This document shows, in pieces, positions 16,402-30,028 of a stretch of DNA of 64,000 nt (positions are counted from its first letter, which is position 1; each line of letters opens with the position of its first letter). The notes below the pieces were generated by a model that was not told the DNA's origin, made no database searches, and worked only from the letters and a program-made list of their open reading frames with translations. The stretch is from Neophaeotheca triangularis (Eukaryota): NCBI GenBank assembly GCA_054600435.1, contig BAAIJX010000030.1, positions 124,001 to 188,000 of the forward strand, read 5' to 3'. A program made the translations under genes and the position numbers.

Positions 16402-16405
<4 letters not shown>

Positions 16406-16453
<48 letters not shown>
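16406..16453. repeat. (GTA)n microsatellite
   Basis: About 16 perfect GTA units upstream of SKY1. Confidence 0.95.
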
Positions 16454-16571
16454 TGGCTAGTAAGGTAGTAAGGTAGTAAGGTGGTCAGTACAAATACTAG
16501 TACTGATATGTAGTCTCACTGCCGCTTGCTTGCTTGCTACTCGGTGACTTAATTACTACTACTGTACGTGT

Positions 16572-16573
16572 CT

Positions 16574-16601
<28 letters not shown>
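16572..16601. repeat. (CTGG)n microsatellite
   Basis: ctggctggctggctggctggctggctggct. Confidence 0.9.
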
Positions 16602-16604
<3 letters not shown>

Positions 16605-17388
16605 GTCTGGTCTGGCGCAAAAGGTGGGCGTGGTAGTGGAGGGGTCGATAAGGTCGGTCAGGCTCCGTCGTCGTTGCGCTGTCCACGGGTATCATGCAGC
16701 CCGATGAACTGTGCGTCGACGTGATGTGATGTGATGCGATGGATGGCTGTAGATATTGGACCCGACCTACCTCCTACCTCCCAGGTGGACTCCAAGATGT
16801 GAACACCAACCCTGTCCTGTCGAGCATTACACAAATGCCTACCTACAGTACCTACCTTACCATCCCGTGACAAGGCTGGACTGGGAAGCGACAGAGTGGC
16901 TGATATGTCTCGGGCACCTCCCATGTACCGAACCGTCTTGGACGAGTACATACTACCTAGTAGGCACTACAACCATTGAATCAACAATAACATCCCACTA
17001 TCATACTAGAACCTCATCGTAATCGTCACTCAACACTCTCTTTTCTAGTACAATTCTAGTACAACTGCATCGAGTACAATACAACACTACCTACTCCCAC
17101 CCCGATCACATCACCCTCCCTCCGTGTGCTCTCCCCGCAAGCGCTGCTGATCGCTACATGTACACACCCGAACTTCCAGACCACTCTGCCTTCAATCCCA
17201 GGGTCCCCAATGGCCCGAAGTAGGTATGTATGCTGCAGGTACTCGATGCTAAGAATGTGCCACAAGTCTCGGGTCATGCTCCAGCCTCCAGCCCACGCAC
17301 GCACGCCCGAAGTTCGCCATGATAACTCGGACGCACTTCGCCAAACCGCCCGCCAAACCATGCTTTTTGCTGTTCCCTCGCAATTAGC

Positions 17389-20300
17389 TCACTTGGCAGC
17401 AATAACAGAATGCCACTTCTCCTGATCCTTGGCATCAAAATGCAGCAGCATGCCCAAGACCGGCACGAGCTGCAGTTGATGCTTCTTCTCCTTCTGCTCC
17501 AAGAACTGCAAAAGAACATTCTTCAAATACACAAAATCCACAGACTCCTTGGCCTCGGGGCCGCCTGTGGTGGCGATATTCTGCTGTTGGCCGTTGCGCG
17601 CAACCGGTGAAGCCACTCGCGAGGAATCAACCGAAGTCCTGGTAGACGACTGCACGCTGCCCTGTCGGAGCTTGCTGTTCTGCAGCGTGCGCAACTCTTC
17701 GGCCATCGAGCGCGAAGACTTCTGCAATTTTTCGAGCCTAGCTTCGCGCTCCGAGAGCAGGTTGCGCAGATCTGCTTTCTCTTTCTCCACCTCGGCAGCC
17801 TGACGCTCACCTTCATCCAGCGCGTCCCTCAGCTGCGCCATCGCCGTGCGTGTCTCATTGGCCTCCTCTTGAGCCTGCGCTGCCCGCCGCTCCAATTCCT
17901 CCCTCCGACTCTTGAAGTCGCTTTCCCTCCTTTCAACATCCTGTCTGGCCTCGGTCGCACGACTAGCCTCCCTCTCCGCGTCACGAAGTTTATTCTTGAG
18001 ATCCTCAATCTCCCTCGCTTTGCGTCTGCCAATCCCGCTAGCGTCATCGAGGGCCTTGTCGCGCTCCTCTTCAGCCAGGTCCATACGCTCCCGCATGTCT
18101 TTTACTTTGCTCTCCGCGCGACCTTCAACATCGGTGAGCAGTCTGCGCATTGTCTCGCCCTCACGGCCACGCTCGCTGAGAAGCCGGTGAGCATCCGCGA
18201 GCTCTTCTTCCAAGCTCTCGCAGCGACTCTGCGCTTCTTTCATCTGCGTGACGAGCTCGCGGGTCTGCTCGCGCATGTTGTCGGTATTGGCTTGAGCGGC
18301 GCTGTGCTGAGCAGTCTTCTGCTGCAACTCGTCCCGCAAGGCTGCGGCCTCGTTTGAGAACTTCTTGACTTGCTTGTCCAAATCGTCGAGACTGGACTTG
18401 GAGCTCTTCAATTGGTCTTGCGCTCTCTTGAGCTCGCCTTGCAGTCTATCGCGCGCCTCCACAGCGTCGTCTCGCGTGCGCTCGTTCTCTTCGAGATTCT
18501 TGCGCGACTCTTCGTAGGTGTCTTCAAGTGCTGAACTTCGCTCGTCGGCCTTCTTGGCAGTCTCTCGGAGCGCGGCGATATCGCTGTCTTTGGAAGCGAT
18601 CTGGCTCTTGTATTCCGCAATCTCAGACCTAAGGTCGCGCTCCTTTGTTTCGAGCTTCTTCAGATCAGCGTTGCTCTTATCCAAGCTCTCCTTGGTCGAC
18701 TTGAGTTGAGCTGCATCCTCTTTGCCCTGTTTGAGTTGGGGCTGGAGAGACTGCATACGCTCCTTTAGATCCGACAAGTCCTTGAATCTGCTTTGTGCGA
18801 GCTCGTTGGCAGCTTTGAGATCAGTCTCCAGCCGGCCAGCCTTTTCTGTGAGCTGCTTGTTGTCGTCCGTCATCTTCTCCATTTTCTTGTTGACTTCTGC
18901 ACCGCTAGTGGCCTGCTGTGCTTTCAACCCTTCAATCTCTTGGTCGCAGACTGACTTGGCGGTCCGGAGTGTGTCCTCTTCTTTCTTCGCATCTTCGAGT
19001 TGCTTCTTGACAGCCTCGAGTTCCTCGCTCGAAGCGGAATTTTTGGAGGACTTGGACTCTTCGAAGTCAGTCTCAAGCTTCGTGACTCGCGATTGTAGTT
19101 TGTTGCGGGCGTCCTCGGCGGTTCGCAGGTCCTTGTTGGCGCGGTCGGTCTCAGATTGCAAAGTGTCAAACTCTTCTTGAAGCTTCGACTTCTCCTCCCT
19201 TGCGATCTTCAACTCGTACTTCGCCTTCGTTGCCTCCTCGCCCAGTTCGCTCTGGCTGTCTTTGAGTGTCTCGTTCTCCTCCTTCAGCCCTTCCTCGCGT
19301 TCATCTGAGCTACGGAGCCTGCCATTGAGTTCTTCAACGCGGTTCTCCTGCTCGCTGATTTTGCGCTTCAGCTCCTCAATTTCCTCATCCTTGGCTTTGA
19401 TCTTCTCCTCGTAACCCTTGCCTTGTGCTTTCGATTCGTCAAGCTGGGTCTGCATTTGTTCCGATACCTGGCTACCGCCCGAGCGCTTGCTGAACTCCCT
19501 TTCATACTGCTCTCTGAGGTCCTTGATAGTCTGGTCTCGTTCTTCGATCACGGCTTCATGGTGTTGGATGACATTGTTCTTATCGTTATCATCTTCCTCA
19601 TGTTCCTTCCGCAAGTTCTCCAGGATCCGTTCCTGCACGACATCGATTTGCCGCTTTCCACTGGGAGCCGCGTTCTCTTTGGATGCTGTCGCACTGTCTC
19701 CATCCTGAGGTGTTTGGCCGCTTGCCGTCGCTGCCTCCGAAGCTCCGACCTTCTTCTTGGCCTTCGATTTCTTCTTCTTGTTCTTCTTTTTAGTTTCAGT
19801 CGTCGGTTCACCCTCGGCTGGAGGTGTCCCCGTCTCTGGTGTTTCTGCAATGGAGCCGGATCGCGTTGGTGCCACACTCGCCTCCGTTGAAGTGACATCT
19901 CCTTCGATGTTGGCTTTAGACTCCTCCTGGGTTTTCTTGCATTGTCCACACTCCAAGATCAAGTTGTACGCGAAGTCGCGGTCCTTCACAGCCCTATCGC
20001 GGTCGCTCACAGCTTTTTCAAGCTGACCCTTGAAGCTAGCCACTCGGTTTTCATGTCCCTTCTGGTCATCAGCCAGTTTCTTGGCATCATCACGCTCGCG
20101 TTCGGCTTCATCCAACTGCTTTCGCAGCGCCTCGGTCTTGGCCTTTTCACCTTCGATTCTTGAGATGGCGGTGGAATTCAGGTTCGACTCCGACTCCAAT
20201 CGTCTCAGCTCCAACTTCAGATTCGTAACCATCCCGTCTCCGTGCTTCTTCGCCTCTTCCAACCGTTTATTGTCATCCTTGAGGTGATTGATGATGTTTT

Positions 20301-21882
20301 GGAACGTCTCTTTCAGCTTGTCCTCGCGCTGCACGTATGCGCCATTGTGCAAGTTCTGTCGGTGCTCCTCTTGGTATCGCCTGAGGTCTTCTTCGGCAGC
20401 GGCAGCTTTGCTCTCGAGTTCCTTATTCTTGTCGGCCAAGCTCTTAGAGTACTCATTCAAACGGATTTGCAGGTTCTCTACCTCCTTCTCGGTGTTCTGC
20501 AACAAGAAGATGGCTTCCTTCTCTTGCTGCTTCGCTTCTTCACGAGCCTTGCTAGCGCTCTCCAAAGCTGTCTTGGCCTCCTCGAGTTCGGTTTGCAGTT
20601 GTGAGGTGTCGCTTCGAGCTGCCGCATCGGCCTCTTTTTGCGCTTCGTCAAGTTCAATCTGTTTGGCCTCCAACTGCCGCTCCTTCAAACCAACCTTGTT
20701 CTCCATGGCGCTGAGATCCAGCCTTGTTGATTCAAGGTCTTGCCTCAGCTGGGCGTTGTCTGTAGAAAGTTCGTTGATGTACTCCTGCTGTTCTTTGATC
20801 TTGGCTTCATGTTCGGCGGTCTCAGAAGCCATGCGGGCTTGTTCTTCATCATGCGAGAAGAACGTGTTGTCCTCTTCCGAGTGTTTCTCCCGCGTGCTTG
20901 CTGCTCCTTTTGCATCTTGGTTGGCTTTGTTGGCACCTAGAGGGTCTGACTGTGTGTCGTCGGCACTACTGTCTGTCGCATGCCTCTCCCTCTCTTCTTT
21001 CAAACCGGCAGCCTCGTCGAAGGCATCTTTGGCCTTCTTCTCAGCCTCATCTAGCTTCACCTTGAGCTGGTCCCGCTCCTTTACAACCTCATTGTGCTCT
21101 CCGGACATGCGCTTCAGCTCCTCCATGACCATGTCTCCCTTGACATTGAGCTGATTGAGGTACTCGACAAGCGCGGTGGGATCCGTGATGCTAGTGAGAG
21201 GAGTGTTCTCGCGCAAGGCAGCTTCGAAAGGCTCGATGGTAGCGACGCGGGCGTGGGCGGTACGGTAGTTCCGTAAGAGGTCTATGTAGACACATCGAAG
21301 TGAGTAAACTCAAGGAACGTTCGGGCAAAATGCGCGGATCCACAGGAACCTACCTTGATACTTTGCAGACAGAGTGTCGAGCTTGCGCAACTTCTGTTGC
21401 ACATCTTTCGGGAGCTCATCGTCGGTCTCCTTGCCCTTACCCTTGTCGGTGTCCGGGGGAGTAGCGTCATCTTTGGCAGGTGTTTCTTTCTGGTCGAGCG
21501 GTCCTTCCGTAGTTTCCTTGGTCGGCATAGGCGTCGTTACCCGAGAGATGTCGCTCCCATCTTCGCCAATGACAAACTCCTCTGGATCAAGCGACGGACC
21601 ACCATTGCTACCGGCGTTGCCAGCGTCTGTTGTTCTTAGCCGACTGTTCCCTCTCCTGGGCGATTCCGGCCTCCCACTACCCCTTCGCACGTTGCTAGGG
21701 GATCGCTTCGCCGGGCTCGAACCTGATGGTCTTTTCTGCTTCGACTCCTCTTCTGCTATCTTGCCGTCAAGGAAGTTGTCCAAGTTGAAACCCTTGAAAC
21801 GCTTATAGGAGAAAGAAGGGTGGCGTTAGCTGGCTACTTCCACTGCTTTGGTTGGATACTGTCTGGGACATACATTGAACAT
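17389..21882 (-). CDS. IMH1: GRIP-domain coiled-coil golgin; exons 21882-21874, 21801-21354, 21281-17389
   Basis: Long coiled coil ending in VDFVYLKNVLLQFLEQKEKKHQLQLVPVLGMLLHFD (GRIP domain). Introns join MFN|RFKGFNLD...KYQ|DLLRNYRTAHARV. Confidence 0.88.
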
Positions 21883-22278
21883 GATGGCGCTGTGGTTCTA
21901 ATCAAAGAGCCACCAAAGCTCATGGTAACATGCGTCGCGACGTCAGAATACGGTACAGCTGGAGTGAGAAGGCATGAAACGTTTCGGGTCGTGGGTGAGG
22001 ATCAGTGTCGCATAAGGTGCATGTAACGTAACAAAAGGTATAGAACAACATACAGCCCTCAAGCCTCATCCATGCGCACGCACGTGGTCAATGCTGAGAG
22101 AAGCCTAAGGTGGTAAGTTGTGGCTTGCCACTTCAAAAGGCTGTGGCTTTGGGAAACTCTAAGCGGACTATATCAAAATCAATTCTCTTCAACCAACGTA
22201 GAACGACGCAACCTTTGCCGGTGTTGGAAAGTAATTTGATTGATAGCAAGTTCACAAAGACCTAGCGACTCTGCGATC

Positions 22279-23571
22279 ATGCCTACAGAGTTGGAAGAGG
22301 TGAGTACAACAACCACTGCTGAATCTCGTACATCAAAACACCTGACTAACAAGACAAATTTCTCAAAAAGCTCGTCGAATTCCTGCACCATGGAAACGCA
22401 GACATTAGGAAGGTCGCATCTGAGAACCTCGTTGGCTATTCTACAGCGCAACCAGCGTTGTTCAAGCGCAACCAACTCGAGCCCATCAGAGACCTGAAAC
22501 TCCTTGTCAAAGACTACAACCCAATCAATCGCCATGCCGTCACCATGCTGGTCAATCTCAGCGAGGATGGCGAGGTGCTCAAAATGCTAGCCGACGACGA
22601 CGCTTTCCTCGAAAGCTTACTACGGAGGGTGACCGTATGTCAGTGACCCTTCCAATCGAACGATTGGAAACCCCGTCCAACCAAACCTCCCAGAAACTAA
22701 CAAAAGTGGCGACCAACAGGACAAGGAGCAGAAGAGCGCCAACCTGATTAGCATGTTACTAGCCAACATGTCCAAATCCGACAACATGACCAAGCTCCTA
22801 ACCCTCAAGCGCGAGATTCCCGAACCACTCTCTACCTCCCCGATAGCCATCGATCAGCTCCTCGACTGCTTCGTCAAAGGCGCCGGCGGCAGCCACAACC
22901 CCCACGCCGACTACGACTATCTCTCCTACCTCTTCGCGGACCTCTCCAAACACGCCCAAGGCCGCGCTCACTTCCTCTCCCCACGGAAAGAAGACTCCGA
23001 CATCGTTCCCCTGACCAAACTCACAGTCTTCACAGAGCACGAGTCAGCCATCCGCCGCCGCGGCGTGGCCAACACGCTCAAAAACGTCGCTTTCGACGTC
23101 GCCGCGCACCCGCGCCTGCTGGCCGCGGACTCGGAGCTCGACGGTGGCATCGGCATCTTGCCGTACCTCCTGCTCCCGCTGATGGGCACGGAGGAGTACA
23201 GCGACGAGGACACGGAGGGGATGCTGGACGAAGTGCAATTGCTGCCACCCGACAAGAAGCGCGAGCCGCAGCCCGACATCATCTGCACGCATTTGGAGAC
23301 GTTGCTGTTGCTGACTACGGAGCGCGAGAGCCGCGACCGGCTGCGGGAGATCAAGGTTTATCCGATTGTCAGGGAGCTGCACCAGGCGGTGGCGAATGAG
23401 GACGTGCGCGAGGGCGCCGATCGCTTGGTGCAGATTGTTATGCGCGATGAGGAGGGCGAGGGCGAGGAGCCGCCTGCGGGGTTCCCGCCGGCTATTGATG
23501 CCGCGCCGGCGCAGAAGAAGGTGCAGGAGGTGGAGGAGGATGAGGATGAGAAGGTTGTTGATATTCTGTAA
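22279..23571 (+). CDS. HGH1: HGH1/FAM203 eEF2 chaperone; introns 22300-22370, 22635-22719
   Basis: MPTELEE|LVEFLHHGN, YDYLSYLFADLS, IRRRGVANTLKNVAF, QLLPPDKKREP, YPIVRELH, DRLVQIVMRDE. Confidence 0.92.
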
Positions 23572-23877
23572 AGGGAGGAATTTGTGGAGGTTTCTGTCCG
23601 AACTCTTCGCTCCCTGTGGATGCATTACTCTCTAGCTATGATACACTTTCGTGGCTACTCGTTGGAGTAGCTGCTCGTTACCCATTGCCCGGTATGCACG
23701 CTGCTATGCTATTACTACTGTCCCATCGAACGCCGTGTCGCGCAACGCTCTTGCGCATACGTCTTGTATCGTACACCGATTCTTCTTTTTCTTTTTCTGT
23801 GACCCAGTGATAGCGGGTCCTTTACTCGAGCTGCGGCTGAAAGGAAACAGTCACAACCGCTAGCAAATTCCATCTCT

Positions 23878-26427
23878 TTACTTCCCCGGCTTCGGCGCGC
23901 CTAGAGCCGGGAACGCTGTTTCGTCCGAGGAATCGAAGTTTCGTTGCTGAGGGCGAGGTTGTTGATGCATAGCACCACGCTGTCCACGAAACCCATTGGG
24001 CTGGTAACCACGTCCTCGCGGAGCTGGTCTGCCGTATGTTTGGCCGCGAGGAGTGCCGAAGTGCGCCGGGTGCGGATGACCCTGGTGAATAGGCTGGGGT
24101 TCAAGCTGGACCTGGGGGCCGCCCAAAGGGGCTTGAAGTGCCTGTGCTGGTCCTCGTGGGGCACCAACAGGCGCAGTCGTTGGCAGAGGATATTGATGAA
24201 GTGGCTGAGGTTGCTGCTGTCGCGTAGCTGTCGCCTCAGCGGGCTTACCGCTCCAGATCTTGGGTATGTTGGCAAAGCCCGATTGGGTCTCTTCCTCAGT
24301 CGGCTCAATGAGCGGCTCAAGGAGGTGCCCGTCCTGCGGCGGTCTGTCGTACCCGACGTCCAAGAGAACGCGGTTGGCGCGCCTGAACTCATCGCGTATA
24401 GCAACGATGCCGTGGTGCGTGACGGTCCTTGCTACGTTATGACTGAGCTCGAAAGGGTCTTCGATGCAGAAGAGATATCGGTGCCGTACTTCCTTGCCTC
24501 CAGTCTGTTCCGTGCGGGCACCTGTCCAGCCTTTCTCCTGCTTGGTCCAAATGCCTCCTGGCTTCTTCAAGGCAATGACCTCGCGCATCCAGTTGAAGCT
24601 GGGGTACCCGTTTTGGGAGGCAAAATAGCGAAAGAAGCCTGCCAGAAGGCTGCCAAGGGACTCTTGGTTCGTCGTGAGCAGTCCCTGCTTAGCAGCGGCT
24701 ACAATCTCTTCTTCGTTGCGCCAGAAATCGACTTCCCAGTCCTCGACCTTGGTGGCATTGGCGCCAGGTAGGGTTGAGCTGAAGCTTGGTCGCCACGGCC
24801 CTTGGAGGTTGGGTACTACTGGAGGGCGAGCCACATTCGTGAGGTAGTGGAGCACCATCAGAACGTAGCCGTAACTGGGTAGTGTACCGGAATAGGAGCT
24901 GTTTATCTTGCGGCGTTTGGCCCAGGCTTTGACGAAGAGAACCATCGGTCGCACGCGGTTGTCGCAAAGGGAATAGCAGCGTAAAAGATGCGAGTTGTGA
25001 ATGCCAAGAGGGTTGAAGAAGATGATATCGCAGAGTATGCCAACGTCTCCCTTGGGGAAGTCCAGAGGGCCGGCTTTGCGTTCGCGCGTCTTTGGCACAG
25101 CCGGCACATGCGACTTAGTTTGATGTTTTGGAGAAGGAGGAGCCGCCTCCGTTTGAGCTGTGGGCGGAATCACGGTCTTGCCTTCTTCTTGAGCCCCAGC
25201 CTCTGCAGGCGTATCTTGTGGAGTTGGTCCAACACTGGCCCCTTGAGAGTGGTCGCCTTCTTCGCCGTCCCCAAGTCCACCTTCGTCTTGGTGGAGATGG
25301 GGGTACTTCAGCTCATTTGGAAGGAAGTCCCATCTCTCGCGCTCTCCTCGAAGCTTATCCAAGAAGCTGCCTCCAGGCTTCTCGCAGATTTTGATTATCG
25401 GTACACGAGTCCTTGTCAATAGACGTGCACCATATCCGAGATGTAGTAAATGCTTCTCCAAGGCACGTGGTAAGTCGTCTTCCAGCAACGAGAATTGTGC
25501 AGAGGTTGCATCGACGCCGTCTACCACAATGACGAGATCCATGTCCGAGCCTTGGCTTGCAAAGCCTGACATGAGACTTCCAAAGCAATGCAACGAGACT
25601 TTGGGAAGACGCTGGGGGTTTGCAGCGCAGACATCATGACAGATGCTCTCCAAATTGGCTCGAAACACGTCCTTCTCGGCGCGTTCCTCGTGGCTCATCT
25701 CTACGTTTGGCACTTCTCTATCTGCGGCGTCTTGCAGATATTGCACGGAAAATGGCATTGGTGCGGAAGAGTGGGTTCTGTTACCGTAGGCGTTCGGTGA
25801 GAAGAGTTGGCGGGGCAGTTGGTTTTGCATATGGCCCCCACGAGGCAGAGATGGGCGGGAAAAAGCGTTTGGATCGAACGACGTGTTTTGAACACGCTGT
25901 TGATTGAAAGGGCGAGCAGGCGGTCCGCGAAATTGAGGTGGAGCGTGGTGGTTGGTTCTGTGGCCAGTCTCGCGAAGATGAGGCGGGACGTAATCGTTCG
26001 GCCTGTACGGCACCTGGGAAGGGTCAAGTGGATTGGAGCTATTGAGAGTGTCATTCCCCACGTAAGGCTGGCTGTACGGGGCAGGTCCGAAACTGGCACG
26101 AGGATGAGCGCTGGCTGGCTGGGGCTGCTGGGGAGCCTGGGAGTATTCGAAGCCAGGATATGCGTTGAGAGGACGTTGTGACTGTGGCTGCTGCTGGGCC
26201 GGTACACCAGGGTAACTCGAATAACCAGTAGGCCCAGGGTGTTGCAACGGAACGTTTGGAGCAGTATGAGGGGCAAGTACATCGTTTGGCTAAGAGGTGG
26301 GTTAGTACCGTCTAAAGCAGCAATCGGCACAAGGGAAGACAACCTTTGGTGAGGCAGGGCTACTATTGAGCATCATGCGCCGAAGCTGATCCTCGAGCCT
26401 CTCTGCTTGAGCATCGTAGCCGTTCAT
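23878..26427 (-). CDS. Non-canonical poly(A)/terminal uridylyltransferase (Cid1/Cid13/Cut family); exon 1 26427-26344, exon 2 26289-23878
   Basis: FGSLMSGFASQGSDMDL nucleotidyltransferase motif, TRVPIIK, GTLPSYGYVLMVLHYL, CIEDPFELSHNVAR. Start GCCACCATG; 54-nt intron with weak GTTGTC donor and CTAAC branch. Confidence 0.88.
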
Positions 26428-27060
26428 GGTGGCCGTCAGGTTTCGCGACAATTCGCAGTACCCGAGCTGTACTAGTAGTAGTTCTGATGAAGTTTAATTG
26501 CTCATGGCCGCGATGAAGATTGGATGGCTGCGTCTCGGAGCGAGGCGAGACTTTAAACCACGAAATGACGCATGGAGACCAAGACAAACTTGAGATGGTG
26601 TTTTGAGAGGTCAAAACGTGAGAGTTGATGTCGATGTCGATGTAGGTGAGTTTACCTCAAGTTAGCCAGCAAACGCACGATACCGTGGCCCGCGCGCGCG
26701 TCGAAGCCCGTGCTGGAACCTTGGAACTCTTTCGCATTCGGCTTCGGCAAAGGCTCACTAGCGGCGGGACTTCCCGGTCCTATTGTAGAGTGAGGTGGTT
26801 GCCTATGTACAGTACCGTATGTACATTACTACCTACACCAACTTACCTTACCTACAGGTACCTGGCCTTACTCATTTGTGCGTCCAACACTTCGCTCTAT
26901 CTTGCATACGCTCATCGACGGTCACCCTCAATACCTTCGAGGTCATCAGTCCGGTAACAATCTCCCGACAGTCCTGCGACGACTGATGCGACACTCTTCG
27001 AGCTTCCTTTCATAGCTTCCACCTTGTCTCTCGGAGCATCTTTTGATCACCACACCCAAA

Positions 27061-29010
27061 ATGAGCGCGCCTTCAAACACTGGTGCTGGTGGTGGCTCAG
27101 CGAATAAGCCCAGCTGGTCGAATAACATAAACCCCCATTCGAGCGCCTTCATTCCCGCGAGGAGGAAAGTTAAGAAGATGAAGCCGCACGAGCTCCCTCC
27201 GGACCACCCTGGGTACAGGCCTCTCAAGGGGTCGGAACAAGCCAACGGAGCCGGTGCGCCAACCCCTCCTCAAGCCAGCCAGACCCAGTCGTCGAATGCG
27301 CCTGCGCAAGATATGCCTGTTCAGCCTGCTCAGCCCGTTCCACCGGAAGGACACTATACTGAATACCCCCTGCTCATCTCCAAGTCCAGCTTGGCGGACG
27401 GCATGCGATACCACGCGATGAAGTTTGCATCCAAGCTTGACTCCAAGGGAAAGCCCATCGTGGTCAATCCATACGACCCCACCAAATTCCCTCGTCCAGT
27501 CCGCCTTCTCCGCCATCCCATCGGGCAGAAGAAGCAGGTTATTGAGGAGCCCGAAGAGGCGTCAGGTGGCGACGACAAAGAACGCGAAATCCTATCAGCA
27601 AAGAGAGCTGAGCGTCAGGCAGAACGTGAAGCGAACCAAGCGCTGATCGCCCCAGCGGGCAACGAAGAAGCCAAGAAGCAGCAGAAGAAGAGGAAGATTC
27701 CAAAGATCCAGGACATATATTACGACGATACCACTGAGCAATACCAGAAGCGCGCTAAATTGCGGTATGAGGAGAAGATGCCATGGCATCTAGAAGACGC
27801 TGATCACAAAAACGACTGGGTTGGCAGTTATGTCGAGGGCTTGTCTGAGAGCAACGTATTGTTCACCATCGAGGGAGGCGGCTTCCGCATGATACCCGTG
27901 GAAAAGTGGTACCGCTTTGCACCAACGAACAAATTCCAGGCACTGAGCTCCGAGCAAGCGGAGGCCATCATGGCCAAGAAGCACGCGAATCCTCGCTGGT
28001 TCATGAAGACGCAGGACGCGGACGAGAAGAGGCAAGAGATTGAAGCTTACGAGCGAGCCAAGGCCATGAAGCAAAAGTACGGTGATGATATCTACAAGGA
28101 CATGCAAGAGGAAGCTAGAGAGCGAGCCAAAGTCAAAGCCGAGAGGAACGACGATCGTTACCAAGGCGACAAAGACGAGATTGACTTTGAGTTCACCGGC
28201 GAATTTGATGACGACGACGAAGGGCGACTATTCGGTGAGGACGAGACCGAGAACAAGGAGGTCGAAAAGCGACTTCGCGATGAGCAGAGGCAGTTCAACC
28301 TCTTCAAGGATTTGAAGGAAGGCGACGACAAGGATTGGGATGCCGAGGAGCTTGAGGAGGCAATGAAGACTAAAGAGGAGCGTCGGGCTCAGAGGAAGAC
28401 CAGGAAGGCTTTGGTGAAGAGGGAGCGTCAATTCGCCTACGAAGAAGACTCGGATTCCGACGCAAAATACGACTCTTCATCGGACGAGTCTGAAGATGAC
28501 GAGGAGACTGAACGAAAGGCAGCTGAAGAGGAAAAGGCCAAAGCCAGCGGCGAGCAGTCTGGGTCGTCAACCAAGGGCACCAACACACCGTCGGGCCGTC
28601 AGGAGAAGCGCGATCAATCCAAAGGTCTCGGCGCTTCGCTCAAGAGACCCGGCTCACCCAGTCTCTCAGACGCTAGTGGTAGTGAGGCAAACAGGAAGAA
28701 GGCAAAGGGAGTCAACGGCCGCGCAGTCAGGCCCGGCTCGCCTGGAAGCACTTCGCCAAACAACTCTCGCGCGGGCAGTCCGGCTGGCAATCGCCCAGTT
28801 CTGGTCATGCCTACGGAGGTGGAAGTGCGTGCTGCAATCCCGAACGAGGGTATCCATATATCCGCTCTTGCCGCCAAATTCAGGCACCAGTTGCCAAAGG
28901 ATCCAGACGCTAGCAAGAGGTTCATCGCGATTGTCAAGACTGTCGCATACCACGACAAGGAGAGCAGGCTTACGTTCTTGAAGGAGAAGAGAAAGCCTGG
29001 CGAGACGTAA
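27061..29010 (+). CDS. TFG1: TFIIF large (alpha) subunit
   Basis: YTEYPL, FPRPVRLLR, LRYEEKMPWHLED, WVGSYVEGLS, FRMIPVEKWYRF, acidic EIDFE..FDDDDE region, C-terminal winged-helix-like segment. Confidence 0.88.
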   Translation: MSAPSNTGAGGGSANKPSWSNNINPHSSAFIPARRKVKKMKPHELPPDHPGYRPLKGSEQANGAGAPTPPQASQTQSSNAPAQDMPVQPAQPVPPEGHYTEYPLLISKSSLADGMRYHAMKFASKLDSKGKPIVVNPYDPTKFPRPVRLLRHPIGQKKQVIEEPEEASGGDDKEREILSAKRAERQAEREANQALIAPAGNEEAKKQQKKRKIPKIQDIYYDDTTEQYQKRAKLRYEEKMPWHLEDADHKNDWVGSYVEGLSESNVLFTIEGGGFRMIPVEKWYRFAPTNKFQALSSEQAEAIMAKKHANPRWFMKTQDADEKRQEIEAYERAKAMKQKYGDDIYKDMQEEARERAKVKAERNDDRYQGDKDEIDFEFTGEFDDDDEGRLFGEDETENKEVEKRLRDEQRQFNLFKDLKEGDDKDWDAEELEEAMKTKEERRAQRKTRKALVKRERQFAYEEDSDSDAKYDSSSDESEDDEETERKAAEEEKAKASGEQSGSSTKGTNTPSGRQEKRDQSKGLGASLKRPGSPSLSDASGSEANRKKAKGVNGRAVRPGSPGSTSPNNSRAGSPAGNRPVLVMPTEVEVRAAIPNEGIHISALAAKFRHQLPKDPDASKRFIAIVKTVAYHDKESRLTFLKEKRKPGET

Positions 29011-30028
29011 GATGGAATGCGGTTGGACAGATTGCGAAGAACAACGATGTGCGTGACGAGGTGCAAGGTGGAACACGCTTGGAAACGGGCAGACTGCGGA
29101 TCACGACGATTTGCGTTGCGTGGCGAGGCTACTTGCAATTCCATTCAGGGTGATTTCTCAGTGCTACCATGTAACAAGGGGATCGGGGGACCAGTTCATT
29201 AGACTTCGAGGTCTCAAGCACGATGCTAAATGGCCTGAATAGTTGCACAAGCGCAAGGTTGATGCATTGTACTCTCGTAGAAGCAAATACTCGAAAACGA
29301 AACACGTGAAGACCAAGGCCAGCAAATACCTGTTTCACCGTGATGTTGCTGTCGCTTCATCTCCAAGTTTTCAGAGATAGCGAGCGATACAGCTGGAAAG
29401 CATGCCAGGCCAAATGGGAAGTACAAGTCGCGATACATATAACTTCCAATTGTTTGTTGCAGTCCCTGTGTATCTGCAACGCCGTACTAAAGAGTAGCTC
29501 GCAACGAAACTTTCGGATTGACGTTCGTTTCTGAGTAGGTACAAACACGGCGACACTGAACTCGCAATGGATCCAGCTTGTTAGTATTATTGCGACATCA
29601 AAAGCTCGCCGCCGGAACGGCGGTATAGGTACTTTGTGATTCACCATATCAGGCGGGCGACGAACAGAACATTTCCTACACCTCTAGCGAGGAATCGAGA
29701 ACAACAGCTGAAGTGAAGACAAAAGTTGCCTAGGGTCCCCACTTCTCCAGTGCAGCTCACCTCCGCATTATTACGCACAAAAAGGTCAAAGCACTGGACC
29801 CGTGGACCTGTGGCTCCTGCGCAAGCAAGCCAGCTTCAGTAGTACCTCACCAGCCATCCTCTTCTTCTTTCCTCTTTCTTCCCGCTCTTCACCCTTCTCA
29901 CACCACACTCCAAACCATTGCAGCTCAGTCGCAAATACTTGGCGACCTCATCTCTATCATCAAATTTACCGCGCAAGCTCCATACGCGCCTTTAACCACC
30001 GCCAAGCCTCACTGTTTCGCGGACCGCA

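Noticed and set aside
17410..21276. Many antisense Ser/Leu/Phe-rich ORFs opposite the golgin (also opposite Hva1-like, eIF3L and HGH1)
   Set aside because: Shadow ORFs produced by the codon bias of E/K-rich coding strands.
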